A model generated the notes under the pieces. It was given only the letters and a program-made list of their open reading frames with translations, had not been told where the DNA came from and searched no databases. The translations under genes were made by a program, and so were the position numbers. From assembly GCF_051656405.1 (NCBI RefSeq), contig NZ_JBOGBV010000053.1, forward strand, positions 13,479 to 77,478: a stretch of 64,000 nt of DNA, written 5' to 3'. Origin of the DNA: Paraclostridium sp. (GTDB lineage: Bacteria > Bacillota > Clostridia > Peptostreptococcales > Peptostreptococcaceae). Positions 29,489-40,413 of the stretch are shown piece after piece. Every line of letters begins with the position of its first letter. The stretch's first letter is position 1.

Positions 29489-30336
29489 CCCTTTGTATAA
29501 TACATTAATATATCTTCTAAATTTGCATTATCATATACTACTTCTTCACCAAATACTTCATAAGCATTTTTAACATTAGATGTCATACCATTAAATCCAA
29601 AAGAATTTTCAGTATATGACATTAATTCTTTTTTTGTATCTACATCTAATAACTCTTTATTTCCTCTTATTATTTTGTGATTCTCAAGTATATCCTCTTT
29701 ATTTCCTGAAAGGATTATATTCCCTTCGTATATAAATACAAGAAAGTCTGCTACTTTATCTAAGTCAGATGTTATATGAGTTGAATAAAATACCGTAGCT
29801 TCTTCTTTTTCTATATGTTCTTGTAAAATTTCAAGAAATTCATTCCTTACTAATGGATCTAAGTTAGCTGTTGGTTCATCCATTATTATTAACTTTGGAT
29901 GATGTGATAGTACCATTACAAGCTCAAATTTCTTTTGTTGCCCTTTTGAAAGTTCTTTATATACTTTGTTTTCATTTAACTTAAATTTTATTATATATTT
30001 TTTATATAGTTGTTCATCCCAATTTTTATAAAATGGTTTTATTGATTTTTTTATATTTTTCAATTTATTTTCTTTCATATAACCGGATACATCTCCTATG
30101 TACCCTATAACTTCTTTTGTTTCAATATCATCTACTCTCCTTTCTTTACCAAATACTTTTATAGTTCCGCTGTCTTTTTTCAGCATATTCATAATTAACT
30201 TCATAGTTGTTGTTTTACCTGATCCATTAGGCCCTATAAATCCAGTTATATATCCTTTTTTAATTTCAATATCATTTATTTTTAAATTAAAATCTCCTAG
30301 AGTTTTATTTAAGTTTTTTATCTCTATAGCATTCAT
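29482..30336 (-). CDS. ABC transporter ATP-binding protein (YtrB-like)
   Basis: GPNGSGKTT, LSKGQ, DEPT, STH. Confidence 0.93.
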   Translation of the reverse strand: MNAIEIKNLNKTLGDFNLKINDIEIKKGYITGFIGPNGSGKTTTMKLIMNMLKKDSGTIKVFGKERRVDDIETKEVIGYIGDVSGYMKENKLKNIKKSIKPFYKNWDEQLYKKYIIKFKLNENKVYKELSKGQQKKFELVMVLSHHPKLIIMDEPTANLDPLVRNEFLEILQEHIEKEEATVFYSTHITSDLDKVADFLVFIYEGNIILSGNKEDILENHKIIRGNKELLDVDTKKELMSYTENSFGFNGMTSNVKNAYEVFGEEVVYDNANLEDILMYYTKGC

Positions 30337-30348
30337 ACATTAACCTCC

Positions 30349-30723
30349 TTAAAGTTCTACATATAAACTTTTAAATATTTCTATACCTTCTTCTAAAGTT
30401 ATACCAACTGATTTTGCTTGTTTTATAACTATTTCAAGTTTATTTTCTATCTCATATAAAGCAGTTTCTCTTAACCTATCTTTATTTTGCATAGATACAA
30501 ATGTTCCTTTACCTGCAATCGTCTCTATAAATCCTTCTTTTTCAAGTTCCTCATAAGCCCTTTTTATAGTTATAATGCTTACCTTTAGTTCTTTTGCAAA
30601 ATTTCTTATAGAAGGTAATCCCTCCCCTTGCTTTAGTGTAGAATCTAAAATTTGATTTTTAGTTTGATTTTTAATTTGTTCATAAAGTGGAATTGTAGAT
30701 GTATTGCTTATATTTATATTCAA
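30349..30723 (-). CDS. GntR-family regulator, YtrA subfamily
   Basis: PLYEQI, LPSIR, RAYEELE, GKGTFV; short C-terminal domain. Confidence 0.92.
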   Translation of the reverse strand: MNINISNTSTIPLYEQIKNQTKNQILDSTLKQGEGLPSIRNFAKELKVSIITIKRAYEELEKEGFIETIAGKGTFVSMQNKDRLRETALYEIENKLEIVIKQAKSVGITLEEGIEIFKSLYVEL

Positions 30724-30758
30724 TTTTACACCTCATTTCTTTATATAATATGTATAGT

Positions 30759-30801
30759 GTGTATAAACTGTGTATATTATATATATACACTTTATATACA
30801 C
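30759..30801. promoter_or_regulatory. YtrA-type palindromic operator
   Basis: Nested GTGTA...TACAC inverted repeats (inner pair 30770-30790) upstream of the gntR gene. Confidence 0.7.
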
Positions 30802-30869
30802 CATTGTCAACTTTATCTTCTTCAAATTTAATAAAATAAAAAAAGAACCTTTATATAAAGGTTCTTTTT

Positions 30870-31229
30870 TTATTTTATTAAAAGTTTTTCTTTCCATTCA
30901 TCTTCTTTAAATCCTATAAGTACATTTTTTCCATCAAATGCTATAGGTCTTTTTATAAGCATTCCATCACTAGCTAAAATTTCTAGTAATTTATCATCAC
31001 TTTCGCTTTTAACTATATCTTTAAGCCCAAGTTCTCTATATTTAACTCCACTAGTGTTAAAGAATTTTTTTAATTCATATGTACCTGTTTTATACATAGT
31101 TTCTAATTCTTCTTTGCTAGGAGGATTTTTTACTATTTCTATTTCCTCAAAATCTATATTATTCTCATTAAGCCAAACCTTGGCTTTCCTAACTGTAGAT
31201 CATCTAGAATATCCATAAAATTTTAACAT
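30870..31229 (-). CDS. ArsC/Spx/YffB-family thioredoxin-fold protein, probable selenoprotein (Sec10), 119 aa
   Basis: ATG at 31229 with AAGGAAAGTG RBS; MLKFYGYSR-UGA-STVRKAKVWLNENNIDFEEIEIVKNPPSKEELET continues in frame into the 75-aa ORF (FFNTSG, MLIKRP, IGF); the UGA sits at the family's first Cys. Confidence 0.85.
31170..31186 (-). other. Bacterial SECIS-like hairpin
   Basis: AAGCCAA-GGU-UUGGCUU, starting 13 nt after the UGA at 31200-31202, with G first in the apical loop. Confidence 0.75.
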
Positions 31230-31308
31230 ATATATCACTTTCCTTTACTGTATTTTTTATATTATTACACAGTTTTCTACATGTTAAAACATTTTCTTAA
31301 AATAAAAT

Positions 31309-32613
31309 TTAATCATTCCACGGAACAACTTCAACTTCTCCATAGCATCTATCATTTAAACGGTTAGAATACTCACCTTTATAATTAATGATATATAGAA
31401 CTACTAATTCCACGTATCTAGTCCCTATTTGAAGTATATTCCACATATCTTCAACTGTTAAATTAGCTCTTTTAGTTTTTCGAGTCGGATGAACAACTTT
31501 ATTTCTAAAATATGTAAATATATCAACTCCATCATTGAACTTGTTATATATATACTCATTGAATAAATTTAATTCTTCTTTTCCATAATATATACTGCAC
31601 TCATCTAATAAGATTCTTATATTGTCAGAGGCTGTATTCTTTTCAAACTCTACATCAGTTAAAATTTTATTTTTTTCAACAATAACAACATAAGACAATG
31701 TTTCTAGTGCAATTTGTAAGGATACAACATTATTTTCTATACTTATATTATCTATAGATTCTATGTACCAGTCTACTACATGCTTTAACGCTGGACCATA
31801 GTAAGAATCATGTAATTTTCTGCACATTAAGTTCATATATTTTTCAATATTATGATGATTTGCTATAGTGTCAGACCATGTAGGAACATATTTAAATGGA
31901 GTTGTTAAAGACTCCTTCCATAGCCTAAATGTATTTTGATTGTCTTTATAGCCCATTACCATACATATACCTATGTATCTTCCAGCTAAAAAGCTAAGCG
32001 TATCTGATATCTCATCTAATAGTTTAAATATATATGTTGACTTAAATACTTTATTATCTTTTCTTTTTATTCTTCCTATATGTGTAATTATGCTACCATT
32101 TTTAAACCTTAACTCTTCATATAGTTCTTTTTTATAATCGTATCTTTTATCAATTATTATCTCATATCCACTTATTTCAAACTCAATTCTTCCAGCAAAC
32201 AATTTATCCATATACTTTATAAGGGTTCCTTGCTTTTTGTCAAAATTTACAATATGAAAATCTATGTAATCCACATATCTATTTTTTGATTTTATTATTC
32301 CGCTGCTAACGTATCCATCTACATAATTTTTTTGTATACTATTTATATTAACTTGGAAAGGTTGATATCCATGGACTTCTATAACCCCTTCCAGGTAATC
32401 ATCTTTAAGAATTTCTAAATCTATATTTTTATGACCTAGTACTTTAGCTTCAAAATTTATACATACGGGAGGACTAATTCTATAGTAGATCCGGCCCTTA
32501 CATTTATATAGCTTGTCTAGGTAAATGCAAAAATTTCCTTCATGAATAACTATATCTTCATCGACTCCATATTCTAAATAAGGAGAAGATATAGCTTCTT
32601 TTACTACCTTCAT
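31309..32613 (-). CDS. Uncharacterised protein with a C-terminal HEPN-like Rx4H motif (ApeA/YopA-like)
   Basis: beta-rich N-terminus; helical C-terminus with ALETLS and FRNKVVHP. Confidence 0.55.
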   Translation of the reverse strand: MKVVKEAISSPYLEYGVDEDIVIHEGNFCIYLDKLYKCKGRIYYRISPPVCINFEAKVLGHKNIDLEILKDDYLEGVIEVHGYQPFQVNINSIQKNYVDGYVSSGIIKSKNRYVDYIDFHIVNFDKKQGTLIKYMDKLFAGRIEFEISGYEIIIDKRYDYKKELYEELRFKNGSIITHIGRIKRKDNKVFKSTYIFKLLDEISDTLSFLAGRYIGICMVMGYKDNQNTFRLWKESLTTPFKYVPTWSDTIANHHNIEKYMNLMCRKLHDSYYGPALKHVVDWYIESIDNISIENNVVSLQIALETLSYVVIVEKNKILTDVEFEKNTASDNIRILLDECSIYYGKEELNLFNEYIYNKFNDGVDIFTYFRNKVVHPTRKTKRANLTVEDMWNILQIGTRYVELVVLYIINYKGEYSNRLNDRCYGEVEVVPWND

Positions 32614-32679
32614 TTTTAGCCCACCTTCATTTTACATAGTTGTCTTAATATTATAACATATAAGACAAATAAACAACAT

Positions 32680-33231
32680 TTATTTGTCTTGTTTCAAAAT
32701 TGAATATAGTTTTAAATCTGTATACATACCCTTATGAGGTCTATCACTTCTTAATATCCCATCTAAACGCATTCCATTTTTTATCATAACTTTTTCAGAT
32801 GCAGAATTTCCTGATATACATTTAGCTTCTATTTTATTTAAGTTCATATTTTTAAACCCAAAATCTATAACACTACAAAGAGCTTCTGTTATTATTCCTT
32901 TATTCCAATAGTCACTATTTAATATATATCCAACCTCAGCTTTGTTATTTAATTCACTATAACTTGAAAATCCACACATACCAATTAATTTTCCATCTTC
33001 TTTTAAAGTAACTCCCCAAGGAGTAGCCTTATCATTTTCATATCCATTTATTATCATATCTAGCATCTTCTTTGTAGTGTTTATACTTTTATCAAAATCT
33101 ATTAACATATATTTTGATAGATAATCATTCGATAGGCATCTATGTAATTCATTGATATCATTTCTATAAACTTTTCTAAGTATTAACCTTTCAGTATGTA
33201 AACTTGGTAAATCTCTAAATACGTATATCAA
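32680..33231 (-). CDS. GNAT N-acetyltransferase, RimJ/RimL-like
   Basis: TERLILR, AEVGY, YWNKGI, NSASEKV. Confidence 0.9.
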   Translation of the reverse strand: MIYVFRDLPSLHTERLILRKVYRNDINELHRCLSNDYLSKYMLIDFDKSINTTKKMLDMIINGYENDKATPWGVTLKEDGKLIGMCGFSSYSELNNKAEVGYILNSDYWNKGIITEALCSVIDFGFKNMNLNKIEAKCISGNSASEKVMIKNGMRLDGILRSDRPHKGMYTDLKLYSILKQDK

Positions 33232-33434
33232 CAGCCGATCCTCCTTATTAAATTTTTAAAATTACATATTCCAATTCTTTACAACCTTACATTATTCGCC
33301 AAATGTTTTTTTAATCCCTTTATATTATAATATTAAATTTGGTAATAATATCTATTTTTAATTTTATATAATTTATTGTTAAGTACTTTTATAGGAAATA
33401 ACTAAAAAGAAGATGTAGTTTATACATCTTCTTT

Positions 33435-36400
33435 TTACATTGTTTTAAATGATGTGGACAACATAAGTTTAATCCTATTAATTTGATTTACTTCACTTGC
33501 TCCTGGGTCATAGTCAATTGGAACAATATTTGCATTTTTATAAATTCGTTTAAGTTCCTTAATAACCCCTTTACCTGTTATATGATTTGGTAAACAAGCA
33601 AAAGGTTGCATACATACAATATTTCCTACTCCACTTTCTATAAGCTCTACCATTTCAGCTGTTAATAGCCATCCCTCTCCTGCTTGATTTCCAATCGAAA
33701 CTATCTTAGAAGCTTTACTAGCTAATGTTTCAATACTCTCTGGCATATTAAATCTTTTACTATTTTTTAATGCTTTTAAATAATGTTTTTGATACATCTC
33801 TATTGTGTCTTTCATTAACTTTCCGCCTAATTTTTTATATTTTTTATCTAACAAATACTCTGACTTATAATAAGTATTATAAGCACAACTTAAGAAGAAA
33901 TTCATCAGTTCTGGAACAACAACCTCGACTCCCTCAGCCTCTAAAACATCTACAATATTGTTATTTGCCAGTGGGTGAAATTTAACCAAAATTTCTCCTA
34001 CCAATCCAACTCTAGGTTTATTTTGTTCATTTATAGGAAATTCATCAAATTCTTTAACTATGTTATATATATTTTCTTTAAAGTTAGATAAACTAGCCTT
34101 TTTTAAACTAGCCTTACAAATTTCTAGATGCTTTTGATATAGTTTATTTGCACTACCCTTATATTGTTCATACGGTCTTACTCTATGTAAAACTTTCATA
34201 AGTAAATCTCCATAAATAGCTGCCATCATCACTCTATTTATAAGCCCTAATGAAAATGCACTATATAAATTTCGTTTTTCTTCTCCATTTAAAGATAATG
34301 ATATTACTGGAATATCACCATAACCTGCATCACTCAATGCCTTTCTCAAGAAGCCAATGTAATTTGTAGCTCTACAAACACCTCCTGTTTGTGTTATCGC
34401 AACCATAGTTTTGCTTAAATCATATTTTCCACTTTTTATAGCTTTAATCAACTGCCCTATAACAATTATCGCAGGATAACAGGCATCATTATTAACATAT
34501 TTCAATCCTTCTTCTATAGCTCCGTCATAGTCTTTAAGCACTTCAATGTTATATCCACAAGATTTAATTCCATGTTCTACTAACTCAAAGTGAATAGGAG
34601 ACATTTGCGGCATTAATATAGTATAATTTGATTTTGTAGATTTGTTTATTTTTCCTTTTATATATGTTTTTTTCCTTTTATCTATCTTTAACCCATTAAT
34701 ATCTCTTTCTTCTATAGATGCTTTTAATGATCTTAATCTTATTTTTGCTGCTCCTAAATTATTACCTTCATCTATTTTTATGCATGTATAAATTTTACCT
34801 TCACCATTTAAAATTTCTTGAACTTGATCAGTTGTAACCGCATCTAATCCACATCCAAAAGAATTTAATTGTACAAGTTCTATGTTTTTTACAGACTTTA
34901 CAAAATTTGCAGCTCTGTAAAGTCTTGAGTGATATGTCCACTGATCAACCACTCTTAAAGGTTCTTCTAACTTTCCTAAATGTGCAACACTATCCTCTGT
35001 TAAAACTGCCATGTCTAATGAATTTATCAACTCTGGTATTCCATGATTTATTTCTGGATCTATATGATATGGTCTTCCTGCTAACACAATGCCTCTTTTA
35101 TTATTTTTATTTATTATTTCTAGAGATTTTTCTCCCATATACCTCATATCTGCTTTAAATTTTTCATATTCTTCAAATCCTAATTCTACACTTTTATCTA
35201 TCTCTTCTTTGCTAATTTCTAAAAAATCTTTATCATAATTTTTTATTTTATTTAATTCTTCTAAAAGTCGTTTCTTTAAAGAATTTTTATTGTGTATAGG
35301 TAAAAATGGGTTAATATAATTTATTTTATTTTCTTTAATCTCACTAATATTATTTTTAATTACTTCTGAATAAGACATTACAACAGGACAATTAAAACTA
35401 TTGTTGGCATTTTTAAATTCTTTACTCTCACTCCTAATACATGGATAAAATATATTTTTGATACCTTTTTTTATTAAATTTTGTATATGACCATGAACTA
35501 GTTTTGCAGGATAACATGCAGATTCTGATGCAATAGAGTCCATTCCCTGCTCATAAATATCCTTTGAAGATGCATCCGACAAAACAACACTAAATCCTAA
35601 ATTTGTAAATATAGTATGCCATAAAGGATAATCTTCATATATATTTAAAACTCTAGGAATTCCAATTACTTTTCTTATTGCGCTTTCTTCATCTAAATTT
35701 CTGTAATTAAATACTCGTTTATATTTATAATCAAATAAATTTATATCAACTTTTTCTTTTCTATATAAACCCATACCCTTTTCGCATCTATTTCCAGATA
35801 TGAATTTTTCTGAGTTTCCAAAATCATTTACAGTAAGCAAGCAATTATTTGAACACCCCTTACATCTTGATGTACTTATTTTTAAATTTATAGAGTTCAT
35901 AGATTCTTTATTTAAAAGAGTCGTTATATAACCTTCTTTATACTTTTCTTTTGCAATTATACTTGCACCAAAAGCTCCCATTATACCGGCTATATTCGGT
36001 CTTACAACTTCTCTACATGTTAAATTTTCAAACGATCTTAAAACCGCATCATTATAAAAAGTACCACCTTGTACAACAGGATACTTTCCAATATCCTCAG
36101 ATGATTTCATTTTTATAACTTTGTACAATGCATTTTTTATAACAGAATAAGAAAGACCTGCACTTATATCTCCTACCGAATTCCCTTCTTTTTGAGCTTG
36201 CTTTACTCTAGAGTTCATAAAAACTGTACATCTTGACCCTAAATCAACCGGATGTTTTGAAAATAATGCCTTTGTAGCAAATTCTTTTATATCTAGATTT
36301 AATGACTTAGCAAATGTTTCTAAAAAAGATCCACATCCAGATGAGCAAGCTTCATTTAAGATAATAGTTTCAATTACCCCTTGATTTATTTTTAAGCATT

Positions 36401-37676
36401 TCATATCTTGCCCGCCTATATCTAGTATAAAATCAACTTTCGGCGAGAAAAATTTAGCTCCTTTATAGTGGGCTATAGTTTCTATCTCTCCAAAATCAAC
36501 TTTCAAGGCACTTTTAATTAATCCTTCTCCATATCCTGTTACTACAGAATTCACGATTTTCGCTTCACTTGGTAATTTACTATATAGATTATTTAAAATA
36601 CCTATAGTTGATTTTAAAGGGTTCCCTTCATTACTTTTGTATTCTGAAAATAATAAATTTCCACCTTCATCTATTAATGCAACTTTTGTAGTTGTAGACC
36701 CAGCATCAATACCTAAAAAACATTTACCTTTATAGCTTGATATATCTGTTGATTTTACTACATTTTTTTTATGTCTATTTTCAAAGATTTCATATTCTTT
36801 TTCGTTATCAAACAATGGTTTAATGTTAGAGCTAACTACATCTTCTATATCTTTTAAACTTTCTATGTTTTTTATTAAATCACTAAATAACATATAGTTA
36901 TTTTTATATGATAATGCAGCACCCATAGCTATGTACAACTGTGCATTTTCAGGAAATATAATATTATATTTATCTAGTTTTAGTACATCTATAAATCTAT
37001 TTCTTAGTTCTGATAAAAAATATAGTGGTCCTCCTAAAAATGCAACATTACCTTTAATTTTTCTTCCACATGCCAATACACTAATTGTTTGAACAACTAC
37101 AGCATGAAATATGCTAGCAGCTATATCTTCTTTCCTAGCTCCTTCATTTATAAGTGGTTGTATATCTGTTTTAGCAAATACTCCACACCTAGCAGCTATG
37201 CTATATATATTTTTATAGTCTTTAGCTAAATCATTTAGCCCTTTAGCATCAGTTTTTAATAATATTGCCATCTGATCTATAAAAGACCCTGTACCACCAG
37301 CGCATATTCCATTCATTCTCTGCTCTATACCATTGGTCAAATATATTATTTTAGCATCTTCTCCCCCAAGTTCTATAACCACATCAGTTTCTGGATTATA
37401 AGTTTCAATCGCCTTTGTACTTGCTATTACTTCTTGAACAAATTCTACATTTAATTTTTTTGCTAATTTCATACCTCCAGATCCGGTTATAACAACAGAT
37501 ATTCTATTATCACCTATACTATCATAAGCTTCATTTAATAAACTTATAACTGAATTTTTTATATCTGATAAATGCCTTTTATATGATTTAAATACCATAT
37601 TTTTGCTATCATCTAATACAATAACTTTTACTGTAGTTGATCCAATATCGATACCTATATGGAAATCATCTATCAT
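33435..37676 (-). CDS. CoA-substrate-specific enzyme activase fusion (two BadF/BcrAD ATPase domains plus DUF2229/dehydratase-like C-terminus)
   Basis: GIDIGSTT and [14 protein letters not shown] and [25 protein letters not shown]; probable start MIDDF at 37676. Confidence 0.85.
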   Translation of the reverse strand: MIDDFHIGIDIGSTTVKVIVLDDSKNMVFKSYKRHLSDIKNSVISLLNEAYDSIGDNRISVVITGSGGMKLAKKLNVEFVQEVIASTKAIETYNPETDVVIELGGEDAKIIYLTNGIEQRMNGICAGGTGSFIDQMAILLKTDAKGLNDLAKDYKNIYSIAARCGVFAKTDIQPLINEGARKEDIAASIFHAVVVQTISVLACGRKIKGNVAFLGGPLYFLSELRNRFIDVLKLDKYNIIFPENAQLYIAMGAALSYKNNYMLFSDLIKNIESLKDIEDVVSSNIKPLFDNEKEYEIFENRHKKNVVKSTDISSYKGKCFLGIDAGSTTTKVALIDEGGNLLFSEYKSNEGNPLKSTIGILNNLYSKLPSEAKIVNSVVTGYGEGLIKSALKVDFGEIETIAHYKGAKFFSPKVDFILDIGGQDMKCLKINQGVIETIILNEACSSGCGSFLETFAKSLNLDIKEFATKALFSKHPVDLGSRCTVFMNSRVKQAQKEGNSVGDISAGLSYSVIKNALYKVIKMKSSEDIGKYPVVQGGTFYNDAVLRSFENLTCREVVRPNIAGIMGAFGASIIAKEKYKEGYITTLLNKESMNSINLKISTSRCKGCSNNCLLTVNDFGNSEKFISGNRCEKGMGLYRKEKVDINLFDYKYKRVFNYRNLDEESAIRKVIGIPRVLNIYEDYPLWHTIFTNLGFSVVLSDASSKDIYEQGMDSIASESACYPAKLVHGHIQNLIKKGIKNIFYPCIRSESKEFKNANNSFNCPVVMSYSEVIKNNISEIKENKINYINPFLPIHNKNSLKKRLLEELNKIKNYDKDFLEISKEEIDKSVELGFEEYEKFKADMRYMGEKSLEIINKNNKRGIVLAGRPYHIDPEINHGIPELINSLDMAVLTEDSVAHLGKLEEPLRVVDQWTYHSRLYRAANFVKSVKNIELVQLNSFGCGLDAVTTDQVQEILNGEGKIYTCIKIDEGNNLGAAKIRLRSLKASIEERDINGLKIDKRKKTYIKGKINKSTKSNYTILMPQMSPIHFELVEHGIKSCGYNIEVLKDYDGAIEEGLKYVNNDACYPAIIVIGQLIKAIKSGKYDLSKTMVAITQTGGVCRATNYIGFLRKALSDAGYGDIPVISLSLNGEEKRNLYSAFSLGLINRVMMAAIYGDLLMKVLHRVRPYEQYKGSANKLYQKHLEICKASLKKASLSNFKENIYNIVKEFDEFPINEQNKPRVGLVGEILVKFHPLANNNIVDVLEAEGVEVVVPELMNFFLSCAYNTYYKSEYLLDKKYKKLGGKLMKDTIEMYQKHYLKALKNSKRFNMPESIETLASKASKIVSIGNQAGEGWLLTAEMVELIESGVGNIVCMQPFACLPNHITGKGVIKELKRIYKNANIVPIDYDPGASEVNQINRIKLMLSTSFKTM

Positions 37677-37880
37677 AAAATCTCCCCCCATTATTTAGGC
37701 CAAATTGATTATCACTATAAAATATGAATTTTTACTTCATCATATTACATATACTATTTTTAGTTACAGTATTTAAAATTATCACAATACGAATTTTTTT
37801 TATATTTTAATTTTAATTATACGTACATTATAATTAAATTAGCAATTATTATAATTTTTTACACATATCAGGAGGTATTT

Positions 37881-39155
37881 ATGGTTCAAATATATAAGGG
37901 GAATATATTATTCACGAAAATTAAAGATAAATTTGAAATAATAGCAAATGGTTTTATAATAGTTGAAAATGGAAAAATATTAAATTTATTTAAAAACTTA
38001 CCAAGTGAATATCAAAATTTTGAAGTTATAGATTTTAGTGATAATTTAATAATTCCAGGAATGAATGATTTGCATTGTCACGCCCCTCAATTTAGAAATT
38101 TAGGAATGGCTATGGATAAAGAGTTAATACCTTGGCTTGATAATTACACATTCCCTGAAGAAAGCAAATTTAAAAGCATAGAATATGCAGATAAAGTTTA
38201 TAAAAATTTCATAAAAGAGGTTTGGAGACATGGAACCACTAGAATAGCTGTTTTTGCCACTGTTCATAAAGAGTCTAGCATAAGACTTATCGATTTATTT
38301 AAGCAAAGCGGGCTTGGTGCTCTTGTGGGAAAAGTCAATATGAATATAAACTGCACAAACGACTTATTAGAAAGCACAAAAAAATCAATTTCTGATACTG
38401 AGTATATATTAGAAAACTATTATAATGATAATGCACTGGTTAACCCTATAATTACACCAAGATTTATACCTAGCTGTAATAGTAAACTTTTAAAATCATT
38501 AGGAGATTTAGCAATTAAGTACAATATACCTACTCAATCTCATCTCTCTGAGAATTTAGGAGAAATAGATTGGGTTAGACAACTTCAGCCAGAATCTGAA
38601 TTTTATGGAGATGCTTATAATAGATTTAACTTGTTTGGTCAAACTAAAACTTTAATGGCTCATTGTGTTTATTCTTGCGATAAAGAATTAGAACTTATGA
38701 AAAAAAACAACGTCTTTGCAGTTCACTGTCCGAATTCAAACTTAAATTTAGGAAGTGGTATTATGCCTGTTAGAAAATTTTTAGATAATGATATTAATAT
38801 AGCACTAGGCTCAGATATTAGTGGAGGTCATGATTTATCTATATTCAAAGTTATGGTAAATGCTATACAGTGTTCTAAACTTTTATGGGTTAATTCAGAT
38901 AATCAAGTAGATTTCTTAACTCTTTCAGAGGCTTTTTATATGGCTACAAAATGTGGCGGAAGCTTCTTTGGAAAAGTCGGTAGTTTTGAAAAAGATTATG
39001 ATTTTGACGCCTTGATTTTAGATGATAGCAATTTAAATCCTGAAAGTTATAGCTTAATTGAAAGGTTAGAAAGATTTATATATATAGGTGATGATAGAAA
39101 TATAATTCATAGATATGTCAGAGGAAAAGAAATCTCAGCCCCTAAATTTTATTAA
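37881..39155 (+). CDS. guaD: Guanine deaminase (amidohydrolase)
   Basis: HCHAPQ, WLDNYTFPEE, ITPRF, QSHLSEN, HCPNSN, LGSDISGG. Confidence 0.88.
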   Translation: MVQIYKGNILFTKIKDKFEIIANGFIIVENGKILNLFKNLPSEYQNFEVIDFSDNLIIPGMNDLHCHAPQFRNLGMAMDKELIPWLDNYTFPEESKFKSIEYADKVYKNFIKEVWRHGTTRIAVFATVHKESSIRLIDLFKQSGLGALVGKVNMNINCTNDLLESTKKSISDTEYILENYYNDNALVNPIITPRFIPSCNSKLLKSLGDLAIKYNIPTQSHLSENLGEIDWVRQLQPESEFYGDAYNRFNLFGQTKTLMAHCVYSCDKELELMKKNNVFAVHCPNSNLNLGSGIMPVRKFLDNDINIALGSDISGGHDLSIFKVMVNAIQCSKLLWVNSDNQVDFLTLSEAFYMATKCGGSFFGKVGSFEKDYDFDALILDDSNLNPESYSLIERLERFIYIGDDRNIIHRYVRGKEISAPKFY

Positions 39156-39257
39156 ATTTTACATATATTTTCTACTATTAAAAAACTCTAAAAGTAAATA
39201 CTATGTGTAAATAAACTATTTATAGTTTATTTAAATATAACTTAAAGGAGTTTTTAT

Positions 39258-39467
39258 ATGTCAAAATTCACAGGCGTAGTTAAATGGTTTGATAACGATA
39301 GAGGCTATGGATTTATATCAGCTAACGATGGAAACGATGTTTTTGTTCATTTCTCTAATGTTAAGGAAAATGGACATTGTAAGGATTTACATGAAGGAGA
39401 AGAAGTAGGTTTTGATGTAATAGATGAGCCAAAAGGTTTATCCGCTATAAACGTTCATAAAATGTAA
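39258..39467 (+). CDS. Cold-shock domain protein
   Basis: GVVKWFD, RNP1 GYGFI, RNP2 VFVHF. Confidence 0.93.
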   Translation: MSKFTGVVKWFDNDRGYGFISANDGNDVFVHFSNVKENGHCKDLHEGEEVGFDVIDEPKGLSAINVHKM

Positions 39468-39469
39468 AT

Positions 39470-39512
39470 AAAAAATTCTTACTGTATAATATATGTTACA
39501 GTAAGAATTTTT
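39470..39512. terminator. Bidirectional terminator
   Basis: AAAAAATTCTTACTGTA...TACAGTAAGAATTTTTT. Confidence 0.8.
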
Positions 39513-39534
39513 TTGTTGCAATCTTCGTTTTTTT

Positions 39535-40200
39535 CTAGTGTCTATTGTGAATTTTATCTGATATATCATTTTTTATACTATCTATCTTGTTTTTAGTATC
39601 TTCTATTTTATTTTTCGTATCATCAACTTTATTATTAACTTTATCTTTTTTATTGTTTATATCTCTATCTATTTCATTAACTTTATCTTTGGCATTATTT
39701 ACATCTTTATCTGCTTTATTTATTTTATCACTTACTTTATCTTTTGCACTATCTGCTTTATTTTTTGCTGTGTTTAACTTATCTGATGCTGAATTCACTT
39801 TATCTGTAGCATTATCTATTTTAGAATTTACTTTATGTCTAGCTGAATTAACATCTCCTCTAGCACTACTTATTTTGCTATTTGCATCATTAATTTTAGA
39901 GTCTAACCCTGCAGTTAAATCTCCTGCTGAATCCAACGCATTATTTGCATCTTTTAATGTAGATTTGGCAGAATCAACTTTATCAGAAAAACTATGTGCA
40001 AATTCAGTTAAAGAACTTATATGAGAATCTGTATCCAGTTCATCAAATTTATCTCTTATTTTTCCTGCTACATCAATATCTACGCTACTTTCCTCAGTAG
40101 TTGTTTTTTCTTCCTTTTTTTCTTTTATATTATCATTTGAACAACCTGTTAAAATCATAGTAGAAATTAATGCAGTCATCAAAAATATTCTCTTTTTCAT
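39535..40200 (-). CDS. Lipoprotein with amphipathic 7/11-residue coiled-coil repeats
   Basis: Lipobox ILTGC; repeated K(I/V)(N/D)x(A/T)KD units. Confidence 0.75.
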   Translation of the reverse strand: MKKRIFLMTALISTMILTGCSNDNIKEKKEEKTTTEESSVDIDVAGKIRDKFDELDTDSHISSLTEFAHSFSDKVDSAKSTLKDANNALDSAGDLTAGLDSKINDANSKISSARGDVNSARHKVNSKIDNATDKVNSASDKLNTAKNKADSAKDKVSDKINKADKDVNNAKDKVNEIDRDINNKKDKVNNKVDDTKNKIEDTKNKIDSIKNDISDKIHNRH

Positions 40201-40413
40201 AATTTCCTCCTTATTTACTTAGAATTCTAACCTTTTTTTACTATTTCATTATTTTACTACATTTTTTTCATTTTGTATACAATTAAATTAATTTATTTTT
40301 ATTATTTTAATATAACTAAGTTTCATAGGCTATACACTTTTTTAGTAATCAGAATTTTCCTAAACGTAAAAAAAGTCGATTATTTAAAATCGACTTTTTC
40401 TGTATATAAAGTT

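Noticed and set aside
30870-31097. 75-aa ORF as the real gene, or the locus as a pseudogene
   Set aside because: It lacks the family N-terminus; the upstream frame is intact apart from a UGA exactly at the catalytic Cys with a SECIS-like hairpin, so recoding is the better explanation
37692-37880. Purine riboswitch upstream of guaD
   Set aside because: Conserved aptamer core not found; region is extremely AT-rich
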